Shown: positions 1 to 10,219 of the stretch, piece by piece
How positions within the stretch are numbered: the stretch's first letter is position 1
Layout: every line of letters starts with the position of its first letter
Source: Gemmatimonadota bacterium
GTDB taxonomy: Bacteria > Gemmatimonadota > Gemmatimonadetes > Gemmatimonadales > GWC2-71-9
Length of the DNA stretch: 64,000 nucleotides
Assembly (NCBI GenBank): GCA_039586365.1
Contig: JBDHKN010000011.1
Coordinates: 18,060-82,059 of the forward strand
Reading direction: 5' to 3'
Notes under the pieces: model-generated
What the model was told of the DNA's origin: nothing
Database searches by the model: none
Seen by the model: the letters and a program-made list of their open reading frames with translations, nothing else
Program-made: the position numbers and the translations under genes

Positions 1-1
1 T

Positions 2-775
2 GATCTAGCAGACTGTCTCATCGTCAGACAGCCGATCATGGCACTGTGGGCGATCCTCTCCAAGAGCCGGGCTCGGTTGCCAGATGGTTTGAAGTCCTTG
101 ATCCTACGAGAGGACCGGGATGCGGGATTGCATGTAATAGCCGTCGGCGGAGAGACCTGCTGGGATGCTGGTCCGCTGGCCCAAGACATCGGTGACACGT
201 CGATTTCCTACTGGTGGCAGCCGGGTGGGGGGGCGGCGCGGGTCGTGGTGGGGAGGAGAACCGGGTTTCCGGTAACGGCATTCGAGCAAGTCAACCGCCA
301 ATTGGCCCACGCTATCCGCGTGGCCGCCGTGGAGGCGCTGGGAGATGTGCGGGGCCGCGTCGTGTGGGATCTCTACGGCGGAGTTGGAGATACCGCCGAG
401 CTACTGGCTGACAGGGGAGCGTGCGCCTGGACGGTGGATTCCCACAGGAGCGCGGTGGAGTGGGGGCGGCAACACGGGACTGCGAGAGTAACCAGGATAG
501 ACGGTTTGGTCGAGGAGGAAATGGCCCGACTGCCTGAACCCTCTGCAGTCGTACTCAATCCGCCTCGGACGGGAGTGGGATCCCAGGTGACAGAATGGCT
601 GAACCGGTGGGCAGTCGGGTCGGGGGAGCGAGTGGCGTATGTGTCCTGCGACCCGGCCACGCTGGCGCGGGACATCGCTCGCATGCCAAGGCTTGCTGTC
701 ACGGCGTTGACAGCGTACGACCTGTTCCCGCAGACGGCGCACGTTGAGACGCTGGCGGTGTTGGAGGGAGTGTGA
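2..775 (+). CDS. rlmD: TrmA/RlmD-family RNA m5U methyltransferase, 5'-truncated by window edge
   Basis: Motifs FEQVN, DLYGGVG (SAM), NPPRTG, YVSCDPATLARD (catalytic Cys), DLFPQTAHVE; frame is open back to base 2. Confidence 0.8.
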   Translation, partial: DLADCLIVRQPIMALWAILSKSRARLPDGLKSLILREDRDAGLHVIAVGGETCWDAGPLAQDIGDTSISYWWQPGGGAARVVVGRRTGFPVTAFEQVNRQLAHAIRVAAVEALGDVRGRVVWDLYGGVGDTAELLADRGACAWTVDSHRSAVEWGRQHGTARVTRIDGLVEEEMARLPEPSAVVLNPPRTGVGSQVTEWLNRWAVGSGERVAYVSCDPATLARDIARMPRLAVTALTAYDLFPQTAHVETLAVLEGV

Positions 776-1275
776 GGTACACGGTAACGATCGGGGTGCA
801 TGAGTTCACAGTGGTCGTCAATGGAGCTGAGGTGTCCGTGAACGGGCGGAGCGTGTCTGCGTCCCTAAGGTCGATTCCGCAGACCCCGATCCGACAACTA
901 ATGGTGGGAAACCGCTCACACTGTTACGTGATGGTGGACGGGGAGCGAAGCTGGACCGTGCTGAGAGGAGGTGAAATCACAGAGGTCGCCGTTGAGGATG
1001 AGAGGGCTCGTCAGTTGAGGGGCGTAGGTGGTGGTGGTGAACGGAAACTGCGCGGGGGCGTAGTGGTGGCGCCAATGCCGGGGCTAGTGCTGAGAGTGGA
1101 GGTACAGCAAGGGCAGACGATAGGGCCTGGGACGGGCGTGGCGGTGCTGGAAGCCATGAAGATGGAGAACCAGATCAGCGCCGTGTCTGGCGGCGTCGTT
1201 ACCAAGGTCCACGTCAAGGCGGGTCAGGCAGTCGAGAAGGGGGCTCTCCTGGTAGAGGTTTTGCCACAGGGTTGA
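772..1275 (+). CDS. Biotin carboxyl carrier (biotinyl-domain) protein
   Basis: APMPG...LEAMKMENQI biotinylation motif; GTGA overlap with upstream stop. Confidence 0.9.
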   Translation: MRYTVTIGVHEFTVVVNGAEVSVNGRSVSASLRSIPQTPIRQLMVGNRSHCYVMVDGERSWTVLRGGEITEVAVEDERARQLRGVGGGGERKLRGGVVVAPMPGLVLRVEVQQGQTIGPGTGVAVLEAMKMENQISAVSGGVVTKVHVKAGQAVEKGALLVEVLPQG

Positions 1276-1300
1276 CCCGGGTGCCAAGCGTTGTTAAGCT
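1272..1300 (+). promoter_or_regulatory. sigma70-type promoter for rplM-rpsI
   Basis: TTGACC-N17-TAAGCT with TG extended -10, 67 nt upstream of the rplM ATG. Confidence 0.65.
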
Positions 1301-1367
1301 GAATGGCTATCAATCTTTACGACGTATGGAGGATCGGCACTACGTGGCCGGGCCGAGTGGCAAACTG

Positions 1368-1802
1368 ATGAAGACTTACACGCAGAAGAAGAAAGAGCTG
1401 GAGCATCGCTGGTACGTGGTGGACGCCGATGGCGTGGTGTTGGGCCGACTGGCCAGCAAGATCGCTCAGCTTATCCGCGGCAAGCACAAGCCGACGTACA
1501 CACCGCATATGGACGGTGGCGATTACGTCGTGGTGGTCAATGCAGCGAAGGTACGGCTCACCGGCAAGAAGTTGGAGCAGAAGGCGTACTTCCGGCACAC
1601 TGGTTATATCGGGCACGAACGGTTTACTCCGGTGGCTACGATGCTCCAGAGTCATCCGGACCGGGTGATTCAAAGGGCCGTGTTTGGGATGCTCCCCAAG
1701 TCGACGCTCGGCCGCCAGGTGCTGCGGAAGAAGCTCAAGGTCTACGCGGGGCCCGAGCATCCGCATGCAGGACAGAACCCCACGCCCATCGAACTGAATT
1801 AG
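1368..1802 (+). CDS. rplM: 50S ribosomal protein L13
   Basis: MKTY...WYVVDA...LGRLAS...[16 protein letters not shown]; start moved to ATG 1368. Confidence 0.97.
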   Translation: MKTYTQKKKELEHRWYVVDADGVVLGRLASKIAQLIRGKHKPTYTPHMDGGDYVVVVNAAKVRLTGKKLEQKAYFRHTGYIGHERFTPVATMLQSHPDRVIQRAVFGMLPKSTLGRQVLRKKLKVYAGPEHPHAGQNPTPIELN

Positions 1803-1810
1803 GACGGTAT

Positions 1811-2218
1811 ATGACGACTTCTGTTGAGCCCGAGCTTCGCTGGCATGCTGTGGGGCGGCGCAAGACCAGTGTTGCCCGCGTGTATCTGATTCCAGGATCG
1901 GGGAAATGGGATGTGAATGGTAGGACCCTGGGTGACTACTTTCCTCGGCGGTCACTAATCCAGCACATACAGCAGCCGTTCGTAGCTACCGACACCCTGG
2001 GCGCGTTCGACGTCAAAGCCCGTGTGAATGGTGGTGGATTGACGGGTCAGGCGGGAGCCATCCGCCTGGGTATTGCCCGAGCCCTGCTGGGAGCCGACAA
2101 CCAGCATCGCCGCAGACTGCGTGACCTCGGTCTCCTGACCCGGGACCCTCGAGCGGTCGAGCGGAAGAAGCCAGGCCGCCCTGGGGCGCGGAAGCGCTAC
2201 CAGTTTTCCAAGCGTTAG
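1811..2218 (+). CDS. rpsI: 30S ribosomal protein S9
   Basis: [10 protein letters not shown]...[14 protein letters not shown]...RKRYQFSKR. Confidence 0.98.
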   Translation: MTTSVEPELRWHAVGRRKTSVARVYLIPGSGKWDVNGRTLGDYFPRRSLIQHIQQPFVATDTLGAFDVKARVNGGGLTGQAGAIRLGIARALLGADNQHRRRLRDLGLLTRDPRAVERKKPGRPGARKRYQFSKR

Positions 2219-2235
2219 AGGCAAGAACTCGGAAC

Positions 2236-2335
2236 GACTCACACCGTTGGATACCGCTCTGGGTGTTCGCTGCTGGCAGCGGATCGGAGCCGGAGTCGAA
2301 GGCGGTGGACGAACAACCCACGGGAAAAGGCATAA
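2236..2335 (+). promoter_or_regulatory. rpsB 5' leader, t44/S2-autoregulatory-leader-like
   Basis: Position directly before rpsB; contains CTCACAC...GGGTGT...GAAGGC...AACCC elements reminiscent of the t44 leader. Confidence 0.5.
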
Positions 2336-3313
2336 ATGACACAACCAGAGCTACAGGTTTTGCTGCAGGCCGGCGTCCATTTCGGCCAGCAGACCCGCCG
2401 CTGGAATCCCAAGATGCGGCGGTTCATCTTTGCCGAGCGGTCTGGTATCTATCTCATAGATCTCCAGAAGACGCTGCGGCAGCTCAAAGCTGCTCAGGAT
2501 CTGATGCGAGAAGTCGTACTCAGGGGCGACAACGTACTGCTCGTTTGCACCAAGAGACAGCTCAATCAGATAGTCAGAACCGAGGCCGAGCGCTGTGGTG
2601 CGCACTGGGTAACGGAGCGCTGGTTGGGTGGGACGCTGACCAATTTCCACACAGTGCGGAAGCAGATCAGGCGACTGAAGGAGTTGGAGCAAGGGCAGGA
2701 GGAAGGTGCGTTCGACTTCTTCACCAAGAAGGAACAGTTGAGATTCGACCGGGAACGGCAGAAGCTCAACAGGAACCTCGAAGGCATCAAGAATATGGGC
2801 CGGGTCCCAGGAGCGCTGTTCGTAGTCGACTCGAAGAAGGAGCGAATCGCCATCGCGGAGGCCAACAAGCTTGGGATTCCGGTCGTCGGAATCGTCGACA
2901 CTAATGCTGACCCCGACCTCATCTCGGTACCGATTCCGGGGAATGACGACGCGATCAGATCTGTTTCTCTCATCACCGCTGCGATTGTGGACGTGATTGC
3001 GGAGGCCCGCACGCAAGTGCCCGCCCGAGAGATCGCGGTTGATAGCGACACGTTCACAACGTACAGCACTGATGGTGGAGAGGGCGAAACCGAGGAAGCT
3101 CAGAAGCGACGCAGACAGAGGCGGAAACGCCGTCCCAAGCCCGAGGCCATCGTAGCTCGACTCAGGGCGGAGCCCGGTACCGCCGAGAGTGGGGATTCCT
3201 CCGAGGGGAAACAGGAAGGCTCGATCCCCGCTGAGGTCACCAGCGCGTCGGGAGGGTCGGAGAGTACTGCGGAGAGTGCGAGCACCGACACAAGCAAGGA
3301 AGGTCAGGAATAG
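2336..3313 (+). CDS. rpsB: 30S ribosomal protein S2 with long C-terminal extension
   Basis: AGVHFG...WNPKM...RWLGGTLTNF...DTNADP...IPGNDDAIRS. Confidence 0.97.
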   Translation: MTQPELQVLLQAGVHFGQQTRRWNPKMRRFIFAERSGIYLIDLQKTLRQLKAAQDLMREVVLRGDNVLLVCTKRQLNQIVRTEAERCGAHWVTERWLGGTLTNFHTVRKQIRRLKELEQGQEEGAFDFFTKKEQLRFDRERQKLNRNLEGIKNMGRVPGALFVVDSKKERIAIAEANKLGIPVVGIVDTNADPDLISVPIPGNDDAIRSVSLITAAIVDVIAEARTQVPAREIAVDSDTFTTYSTDGGEGETEEAQKRRRQRRKRRPKPEAIVARLRAEPGTAESGDSSEGKQEGSIPAEVTSASGGSESTAESASTDTSKEGQE

Positions 3314-3344
3314 GACTCTGGCTCGTTCGGGGTCGAATGCATCG

Positions 3345-3390
3345 CCGCCGCCGATCGAGTTCCTGTGGATCTTGAGGCGGCGGTTCTTGT
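3345..3390 (+). terminator. Stem-loop/attenuator between rpsB and tsf
   Basis: CCGCCGCC (3345-52) pairs with GGCGGCGG (3376-83), followed by TTCTTGT. Confidence 0.45.
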
Positions 3391-3425
3391 ATCGATTGAC
3401 GGCTACCGGTTAACAGGATTTTGGG

Positions 3426-4028
3426 ATGGCAACTCAGATTTCAGCGAAAGATGTGAGCGCACTCCGGGCCAAGACGGGTGCCGGCATGATGGACTGCAAG
3501 AAGGCTTTACAGGAAACGGGCGGTGACATCGATAAAGCCGTTGATTTCCTGAGGCAAAAAGGGATCGCCAAGGCAGAGAAGAGGTCTGGCCGGGTCGCTC
3601 GTGAGGGCACTATCGGCCACTACGTGCACTTCAATGGAAGAGTGGGAGTCCTCGTAGAGCTCAACTGTGAGACGGATTTCGTTGCGCGCACTGACGACTT
3701 CAAGGAGTTGGCGCGAGACCTAGCAATGCATATCGCCTCGGCCCGCCCCATCGCGGTGACGGCCGATCAGGTCCCGGAGGAGATCTTACTGCGCGAACGA
3801 TCGATATTTGAGAAGCAGGTTGAGGAGACTGGCAAGCCCGAGGCGGTCCGCGCCAAGATAGTTGACGGTAAGCTCAACAAGCTGCTCAAGGAGTTGGTCC
3901 TCATGGATCAGCCGTTTGTGAAAGATGACAAGAAGAGCGTCGGGGAGCTTGTCAAGGAAGTCTCGGGAAAGGTGGGTGAGAACCTGGTTGTTCGCCGGTT
4001 CGTGCGCCAAGAACTCGGAGAAGAATAG
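3426..4028 (+). CDS. tsf: Elongation factor Ts (short, 200 aa form)
   Basis: [27 protein letters not shown]. Confidence 0.97.
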   Translation: MATQISAKDVSALRAKTGAGMMDCKKALQETGGDIDKAVDFLRQKGIAKAEKRSGRVAREGTIGHYVHFNGRVGVLVELNCETDFVARTDDFKELARDLAMHIASARPIAVTADQVPEEILLRERSIFEKQVEETGKPEAVRAKIVDGKLNKLLKELVLMDQPFVKDDKKSVGELVKEVSGKVGENLVVRRFVRQELGEE

Positions 4029-4741
4029 TGACCGAGCTCCCGTATCGGCGGGTCTTGCTCAAACTATCTGGAGAGGCATTGGCCGGTGAGCGAGGTTTCG
4101 GGATAGACTATGGGGTTGTTGACCACCTTGCGGATGAGATCCGTGACGTGTTGGAACTAGGCATTGATCTGGGGTTGGTAGTGGGCGGGGGCAACATCGT
4201 CCGGGGTGCGACTGCCAGCCGTGAAGGAATGGATCGGGTTTCGGCCGACTATATGGGTATGCTGGCAACTGTCATCAATGCCCTCGCCGTTCAGGACATC
4301 TTGGAGCGCAAGCAGATCGATACGAGAGTGATGACGGCGATAAGGATGGAGCAGCTTGCTGAGCCTTATATAAGGCGACGAGCCCAGCGGCACCTGGAGA
4401 AGGGACGGACCGTATTGTTCGCTGGTGGAACGGGGAACCCCTACTTTTCCACTGATACGGCGGCGGTGCTGCGCGCTCTTGAGATCGAAGCGGACTTGCT
4501 GATCAAAGCCACAAGTGTGGACGGAGTGTATGCGGCAGATCCGAAGAAGGACCCGGACGCGGAGTTCATACCCGAACTCACCTTCCACGATGCAATAGTA
4601 CGCGGACTAGAAGTGATGGACAGCAATGCCTTTGGTCTATGTAAGGACAACCAACTACCCATCGTAGTAATGAACGTCAACCAGCGCGGCGCCATCGCAA
4701 GAGTCCTTCGCGGCGAGCGCGTCGGCACACTAGTCCGATGA
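4028..4741 (+). CDS. pyrH: UMP kinase
   Basis: [32 protein letters not shown]. Confidence 0.97.
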   Translation: MTELPYRRVLLKLSGEALAGERGFGIDYGVVDHLADEIRDVLELGIDLGLVVGGGNIVRGATASREGMDRVSADYMGMLATVINALAVQDILERKQIDTRVMTAIRMEQLAEPYIRRRAQRHLEKGRTVLFAGGTGNPYFSTDTAAVLRALEIEADLLIKATSVDGVYAADPKKDPDAEFIPELTFHDAIVRGLEVMDSNAFGLCKDNQLPIVVMNVNQRGAIARVLRGERVGTLVR

Positions 4742-5292
4742 ATACACTGCCAGAAGCCACCAAGCACGCGAAGCAACAGATGCGGAAAGCGGTCGACAAC
4801 ACAAAACGGGAGTTGGCCACGATCCGTAGCAGCAAGGCGACCACGAGTCTACTCGATACTGTGCGAGTGGACGCGTATGGGCAGCAGATGCCCCTCAACC
4901 AGGTCGCTTCTGTCAATGCCCCCGAACCGCAGCTCCTCACCGTTCAGCCCTGGGACAAGGCATTGATCGGGGCAGTTGAAAAGGCCATCCTCACGGCCGA
5001 TCTGGGCCTAAACCCCTCCAATGATGGCAACTTGATCAGGGTGCCGCTGCCACCGCTAACCGAAGAACGTCGTAAGGATTTGGTGAAGATCGTCCACAAA
5101 CTCGCCGAGGAGGGCAGGATAGCCGTTCGGCACGTGCGCAGTGAGGCCATCTCGGCGATCAAGAAGATCGAGCACGTGTCAGATGATGAAAAGCACCGCA
5201 GTGAGGGCGACGTCCAGAAGTTACACGACGAAGCAATTGACCAGATTGCGGCGATCGTTGTCGCTAAAGAAGAAGAGATCATGGAGGTCTGA
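4738..5292 (+). CDS. frr: Ribosome recycling factor
   Basis: VDAYG...LNQVA...LGLNPSNDG...[13 protein letters not shown]. Confidence 0.96.
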   Translation: MNTLPEATKHAKQQMRKAVDNTKRELATIRSSKATTSLLDTVRVDAYGQQMPLNQVASVNAPEPQLLTVQPWDKALIGAVEKAILTADLGLNPSNDGNLIRVPLPPLTEERRKDLVKIVHKLAEEGRIAVRHVRSEAISAIKKIEHVSDDEKHRSEGDVQKLHDEAIDQIAAIVVAKEEEIMEV

Positions 5293-5328
5293 GCTCGGCC
5301 TGGACCCAGGTCGGTTGCGTGGCAATCT

Positions 5329-6189
5329 ATGCCCTCGAATCTGCAGCGCCGCACCGCCGTAGTTGGGATAGCCGTTCCCGCGGCACTCGGAGTGGTCTAC
5401 GTGGGTGGTTGGGCTCTGGTCGCGGGTCTGGCTGTGCTCGGGGTGGTTGGTACCTCTGAACTCTATCGTCTTGCCGAGAGTGGTGCTGTGCACCCGATCC
5501 GGGAGATTGGATATCCCGCTGCCGTTCTCGTTCCGTGCCTGGTATTCGCCACCGCTCGTGGCGGGCTCGAACTCGACCATAGCTACGTCCAGTTCGGCTC
5601 TGTCATTGCTCTGATGTCTGTGATGGCGCTTGCTGCCTGGAGGCGCGGTCCCGCCGAGAGACCCTTGGCCGCAATATCAATCACGGTCTTCGGAGTGCTT
5701 TACGCGAGCGTGATGCCAGCGTTCCTTATTCTCATACGCCATCCCGCCGCACCCTTGTCGTCGTGGGCTGCCACGTGGCTCGTCTTCCTCCCGCTGGTCG
5801 TCGTTTGGCTGTGCGATTCCGCCGCCATGGCCGGTGGCTCCTTGATCGGCGGCAAGAAGCTGGCGCCGGTGCTGAGCCCCAACAAGACCTGGGCCGGAGC
5901 GGTGGTGGGTGGGGGCGTGTCAGTGATTGTGGCACCCTTGTACGGGCACCTGCTGCTGCGACACGTGGGGGTGTCAATCCCAGTGTGGCAACTCATGGCG
6001 TTTGGGTTGCTGGTCTCTACGGTGGGACAGGTGGGAGACCTGGCAGAGTCGCTGTTCAAGCGTGAGGTTGGGGTGAAAGACTCGGGGGCGTTTTTCCCGG
6101 GGCACGGTGGTGTGTTGGACCGTCTTGACTCGCTCTATTGGGCGATTCCGACGGCCGTACTTTTGCTCACCGTGTTTAGGGCAATATGA
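5329..6189 (+). CDS. cdsA: Phosphatidate cytidylyltransferase
   Basis: Multi-TM; SPNKTWAG, GDLAESLFKR..GVKDSG..FPGHGGVLDRLDS. Confidence 0.95.
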   Translation: MPSNLQRRTAVVGIAVPAALGVVYVGGWALVAGLAVLGVVGTSELYRLAESGAVHPIREIGYPAAVLVPCLVFATARGGLELDHSYVQFGSVIALMSVMALAAWRRGPAERPLAAISITVFGVLYASVMPAFLILIRHPAAPLSSWAATWLVFLPLVVVWLCDSAAMAGGSLIGGKKLAPVLSPNKTWAGAVVGGGVSVIVAPLYGHLLLRHVGVSIPVWQLMAFGLLVSTVGQVGDLAESLFKREVGVKDSGAFFPGHGGVLDRLDSLYWAIPTAVLLLTVFRAI

Positions 6190-7322
6190 CGGTTGGAGTG
6201 GCGGTACTGGGGTCGACAGGTTCGATCGGCACGAGCACCGTCAGAGTGCTCGAGCGCAACAAGAATCGCTTTACGGTGATTGCACTCACCGCATATGGAT
6301 CGGAGCGACTTCTCAGAGAGCAGGCCGCTGCCGTCGAAGCGAAGTTCGTGGGGTTGGTTGCCCGCTCTGGCGATGCCGGGGGTGAGTCCGAACAGAGCTG
6401 CAATGGTCGGGAGTGTCTGGTTGAGGCGGCCACCCGTCCGGATGTGGATATTGTGGTGAACGCTGTTGTCGGGGCCGCTGGGCTCGAGGCAACCTTGGCT
6501 GCTCTGAGCGCTGGGAAGAGGGTGGCACTGGCCAACAAAGAGACACTGGTCATGGCGGGGGAACTCGTGCTCCGGACCGCCCACGACCGGGGTGGTGAAG
6601 TAGTACCGATTGACTCCGAGCATAGTGCAGTTCTGCAATGCGTGAACGGGCGACCCGAGTCTGAGTTGCGCCGGCTGATCCTCACTGCGTCTGGAGGTCC
6701 GTTCAGAGAGTGGCCGCAGGAACAGATGCATGCTGCCACGATAGAAGATGCGCTAGCCCATCCCACCTGGCAGATGGGGCCCAAGATCACAGTGGACAGC
6801 GCGACTCTGGCGAACAAGGCTCTGGAGGTGATTGAGGCGCACTATCTGTTCGGATTGGGGTATGAGCACATCGATGTCGTGGTGCACCCGCAGTCGATCG
6901 TCCACGCGTTCACGGAGTTTGTGGACGGTTCAGTTCTGGCACAAGTCGGTTTTCCCACAATGGAGCTGCCTATCCTCTACGCGCTGACATACCCTGATCG
7001 GATACCGGACGATGCTGTGCCGCGGTTTGACCCAATTGAAGCCGGTCCGCTTACCTTCGAGGCCATGCGGAAGGATGCCTTTCCGACGTTTCTAATTGGG
7101 GTGGAGGCTGGGCGGGCTGGCGGTACTGCGCCGGCCGTGTTCAACGCTGCCAACGAAGTAGCCGTCCAAGCTTTCTTAGAGGGGCGAATCGGCTTGGGCA
7201 GGATCCCCGTAGTTATCGAGAGAATACTGCGGGCCCACACGGCGTCCCCGGCCGACTCTCTCGGCTCGGTTTTGGAGGCCGACGGATGGGCCCGCCGAGA
7301 AACGGAGGCCGCGTGCTGCTGA
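6186..7322 (+). CDS. dxr: 1-deoxy-D-xylulose 5-phosphate reductoisomerase
   Basis: LGSTGSIG, LANKE, PIDSEHSA, HPTWQMGPKITVDSAT. Confidence 0.97.
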   Translation: MTVGVAVLGSTGSIGTSTVRVLERNKNRFTVIALTAYGSERLLREQAAAVEAKFVGLVARSGDAGGESEQSCNGRECLVEAATRPDVDIVVNAVVGAAGLEATLAALSAGKRVALANKETLVMAGELVLRTAHDRGGEVVPIDSEHSAVLQCVNGRPESELRRLILTASGGPFREWPQEQMHAATIEDALAHPTWQMGPKITVDSATLANKALEVIEAHYLFGLGYEHIDVVVHPQSIVHAFTEFVDGSVLAQVGFPTMELPILYALTYPDRIPDDAVPRFDPIEAGPLTFEAMRKDAFPTFLIGVEAGRAGGTAPAVFNAANEVAVQAFLEGRIGLGRIPVVIERILRAHTASPADSLGSVLEADGWARRETEAACC

Positions 7323-8680
7323 CAGTTGCCGCGTTCATATTCGTTCTTGGTGTGCTGATATTCGTTCACGAATTGGGACACTTCATGGCTGCCAAGGCTG
7401 TCGGCATTGCCGTACCTCGATTCTCGATCGGATTTGGCCCTGCCACTCCTCTGTCCTTCACACGCGGGGAGACTGAGTACCGAGTCTCCTGGATTCCGCT
7501 GGGCGGCTACGTGAAGATGGCGAGCAAGGAAGAGCAGGAGGCGATGGGGACGCTGGAGGGTGGTGAACTCGAACAGGAGTATCCAGCAGATCGCCTGTTC
7601 GAAAACAAGTCGCTCGGAGCGAGAATCGTAGTTATCTCGGCAGGCGTGATAATGAATGTCCTGTTCGCCTGGGCGGTCTACACTGCGGTGTCGGCCATCT
7701 TGGGCAAAGTGGAAGATCCGACCACTAGGATTGCGCGGGTGGATGAGGAAAGACTGCCTGCGGCCGCTGATGGGTTGGCAGGTCTGCCGTTTGGCGCTCA
7801 GGTAGTGCGGGTTAACGGCGACACAATGGCGTCTTGGGACGCAATCTATGGAGCAATCGCCGATGTTACGTCGGATCGGCTACGGTTTGACTTTGCGGGC
7901 GGGATCGATCCCGTCATCGTCGACATTCCCGGAACCGACGCACACGCACGAATCGAGCTGTTGGGTGCTTTGTTCCCCTTGTGGGAGGCCCGAGTCGGCC
8001 TCGTGGAGCCAGGCAAGCCCGCCGCCACGGCCGGCTTGCGGCGCGGCGACCTTGTAGTTCAGATCGATGGTGACACGATCAGGTCGTGGCACGAAATGAC
8101 GGATAAGATCGAGCCGAGCGCGGGGAAAGCGCTGACCTTCTCCATTGCACGGGAAGACCGGCTCGAGGATCTAACGATCGTACCAGAAGAGGTGCCAGAG
8201 CGGGATATCACGACCGACTCAACCAGACTTGTTGGCAAGATCGGGATCGGTCCGTTGCGGGAATCACTGCACGTCCGATATGGACCGTTGGGGGCTTTGG
8301 CAGAAGGAGCGAGATTGACGGCGGACGACGCCGGAAAGGTGTGGTTCACACTCAAGGGCATGGTGCTCCGCAAGATCTCGCCACGGGAACTAGGCGGGCC
8401 GATCTTCATCGGCCAGGTTTCCGGGCAGTTCGCTGCAGCGGGGTTTGTTCCGCTCATCTACTTCATGGCTTTCCTGTCGGTCAATCTGGCCATTTTGAAT
8501 CTGTTGCCGATTCCGGTGCTCGATGGAGGTCACCTCGTGTTCTTGTTGATCGAGGGTGTCCGTGGCAAGCCCTTGTCGCTGGCCACTAGGATGCGCCTCA
8601 CGCAAGTGGGTCTGTTCGTGCTGCTCGGGATAATGGTGTTGGCACTCACCAATGATCTGTTCAGGGTGATCGGAGGGTGA
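7313..8680 (+). CDS. rseP: RIP metalloprotease RseP with PDZ domains
   Basis: HELGH, NLLPIPVLDGGH; GTG start at 7313 after GGAGG. Confidence 0.95.
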   Translation: MLLTVAAFIFVLGVLIFVHELGHFMAAKAVGIAVPRFSIGFGPATPLSFTRGETEYRVSWIPLGGYVKMASKEEQEAMGTLEGGELEQEYPADRLFENKSLGARIVVISAGVIMNVLFAWAVYTAVSAILGKVEDPTTRIARVDEERLPAAADGLAGLPFGAQVVRVNGDTMASWDAIYGAIADVTSDRLRFDFAGGIDPVIVDIPGTDAHARIELLGALFPLWEARVGLVEPGKPAATAGLRRGDLVVQIDGDTIRSWHEMTDKIEPSAGKALTFSIAREDRLEDLTIVPEEVPERDITTDSTRLVGKIGIGPLRESLHVRYGPLGALAEGARLTADDAGKVWFTLKGMVLRKISPRELGGPIFIGQVSGQFAAAGFVPLIYFMAFLSVNLAILNLLPIPVLDGGHLVFLLIEGVRGKPLSLATRMRLTQVGLFVLLGIMVLALTNDLFRVIGG

Positions 8681-8780
8681 GTGTGGCGCAGTGAACCATG
8701 GCCACCCTGAACGACAGTACCGTCTCGACCTCCCATTGATCGGTTTTCGCATAGCTGCGCCTCGCCAGTGGCCGCCCACC

Positions 8781-9773
8781 TCAGCTTCCCAGTATGACCA
8801 CCAGTGCTGCCACTAGGACGGTCAGCAAGGCTGCCGCCACCGCCCAGAGCAGGCGACGCGACAACGGTGGCGCCGTGCCGGCCAACGCGATCTCGCTGGT
8901 GGAGGCTGGTGCCGTCCCCAGTGTAGTGCTGCTGGGTTCACAACCGCCGATTTGATCCAGTTCGTCCCCGAGGGCTTCGGCCGACGTGTAGCGGTCATCC
9001 GGATGTTTCGCGAGGCACCGGAGGATCACGCGTTCGCAGCGGCGGGACAGGTCCGGTCGTTGCTCCCTGGGAGGAACTGGTTTCTCTTCTACGTGCATAC
9101 GTGCCAATTCAAACCAGTCAGTTGACCGAAACGGAACTGCGCCGGTTGCGGCTCGATAGAGGGTGATACCGAGCGAGTATATGTCGCTTCGTCCGTCGAC
9201 CTTGTGCCCTTGCGCCTGTTCCGGCGAGATGTATTGGGGGGTTCCGATTGTCATGTGTGCGCCAGTAGCGTTGACGTACTCCGAGATGGCACGAGCAATG
9301 CCGAAATCGCCTAGCGCGGCGGTGCCGTCATGTGAGACAAGCACGTTGTCACCCTTGATGTCGCGGTGGACTATTCCCTGCGCGTGTGCGAATGCCAGCC
9401 CGGCGGCGACATGCCGACCGATCCTCAACAGCCGCTCTTCGGAGAGCGGTCCAGTACGGTCCACCAGAGACGTTAGGGAGTCCGGATACAGCTTCATAGT
9501 GTAGTACGTGAAATAGTCGAAGTGCCCGACATCCAGGATAGGCACGAGGTTGGGGTGAACCAAGGTCGTCGCGAGGGTGAATTCTGCTCGGAAGCGTGCT
9601 TCGAATTCTGGATCAGCAGAATAACGCGGTTTGAGGAGCTTCAGAGCGACTGGATCAGGTTCATTTTCATGCTGGGCCTGGAACACCCATGCGAATCCGC
9701 CCTCTCCAATCAGCCTCCGCAGGGTGAAGGCTCCGACTTGGCGGCCCAGGAAATCTCGGTGGTTTATGACCAT
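8781..9773 (-). CDS. Hanks-type Ser/Thr protein kinase with C-terminal TM helix
   Basis: IGEGGFAWV, VALK, HRDIKGDN, DFG, GTPQYISPE, DIYSLG; terminal hydrophobic helix. Confidence 0.92.
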   Translation of the reverse strand: MVINHRDFLGRQVGAFTLRRLIGEGGFAWVFQAQHENEPDPVALKLLKPRYSADPEFEARFRAEFTLATTLVHPNLVPILDVGHFDYFTYYTMKLYPDSLTSLVDRTGPLSEERLLRIGRHVAAGLAFAHAQGIVHRDIKGDNVLVSHDGTAALGDFGIARAISEYVNATGAHMTIGTPQYISPEQAQGHKVDGRSDIYSLGITLYRAATGAVPFRSTDWFELARMHVEEKPVPPREQRPDLSRRCERVILRCLAKHPDDRYTSAEALGDELDQIGGCEPSSTTLGTAPASTSEIALAGTAPPLSRRLLWAVAAALLTVLVAALVVILGS

Positions 9774-9877
9774 CCTATCAGGCTTTACAGAGCGAAGTGA
9801 GACGGGTAAATTTGCGTGCTAAGGTAAAATACGGGTTACGTTGATGTCGCCCGCGCCCTGTCGAGGATATAGCATAG

Positions 9878-10138
9878 ATGAGCTTTGACAAGCAAGCCGT
9901 GGTTCAGAAGTACCAAAAGCATGCCGGCGATACTGGGTCCGCTCGGGTCCAGGTTGCGGTACTCACTGAGCGGATCAACACGCTCACGGACCATTTTCGA
10001 ACGCACGCCAAGGATCACCACGGGCGGCGCGGACTGCTCGCGATGGTGAGCAAGCGCCGCCGCCTGCTGGATTACCTCAAGCGCACCGACCTCGAAGGCT
10101 ACCGTCAACTCATCACGGAGCTCGGGCTCCGTCACTAA
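9878..10138 (+). CDS. rpsO: 30S ribosomal protein S15
   Basis: DTGS..VQVA.LT.RI..LT.H...[11 protein letters not shown]. Confidence 0.98.
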   Translation: MSFDKQAVVQKYQKHAGDTGSARVQVAVLTERINTLTDHFRTHAKDHHGRRGLLAMVSKRRRLLDYLKRTDLEGYRQLITELGLRH

Positions 10139-10158
10139 AGGGTGGGCGTGGGCCTGAG

Positions 10159-10190
10159 GCGTCCGAGATGAGCACCTCGGGCGCTTTCGT
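10159..10190 (+). terminator. Hairpin between rpsO and pnp
   Basis: GCGTCCGAG-N8-CTCGGGCGC followed by TTTCGT. Confidence 0.5.
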
Positions 10191-10219
10191 CCATTCCGGG
10201 TGCTCTCACAAGGAAAAAA

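Noticed and set aside
3426..4028. EF-Ts truncation (200 aa)
   Set aside because: Short EF-Ts is an established natural form; both termini look complete
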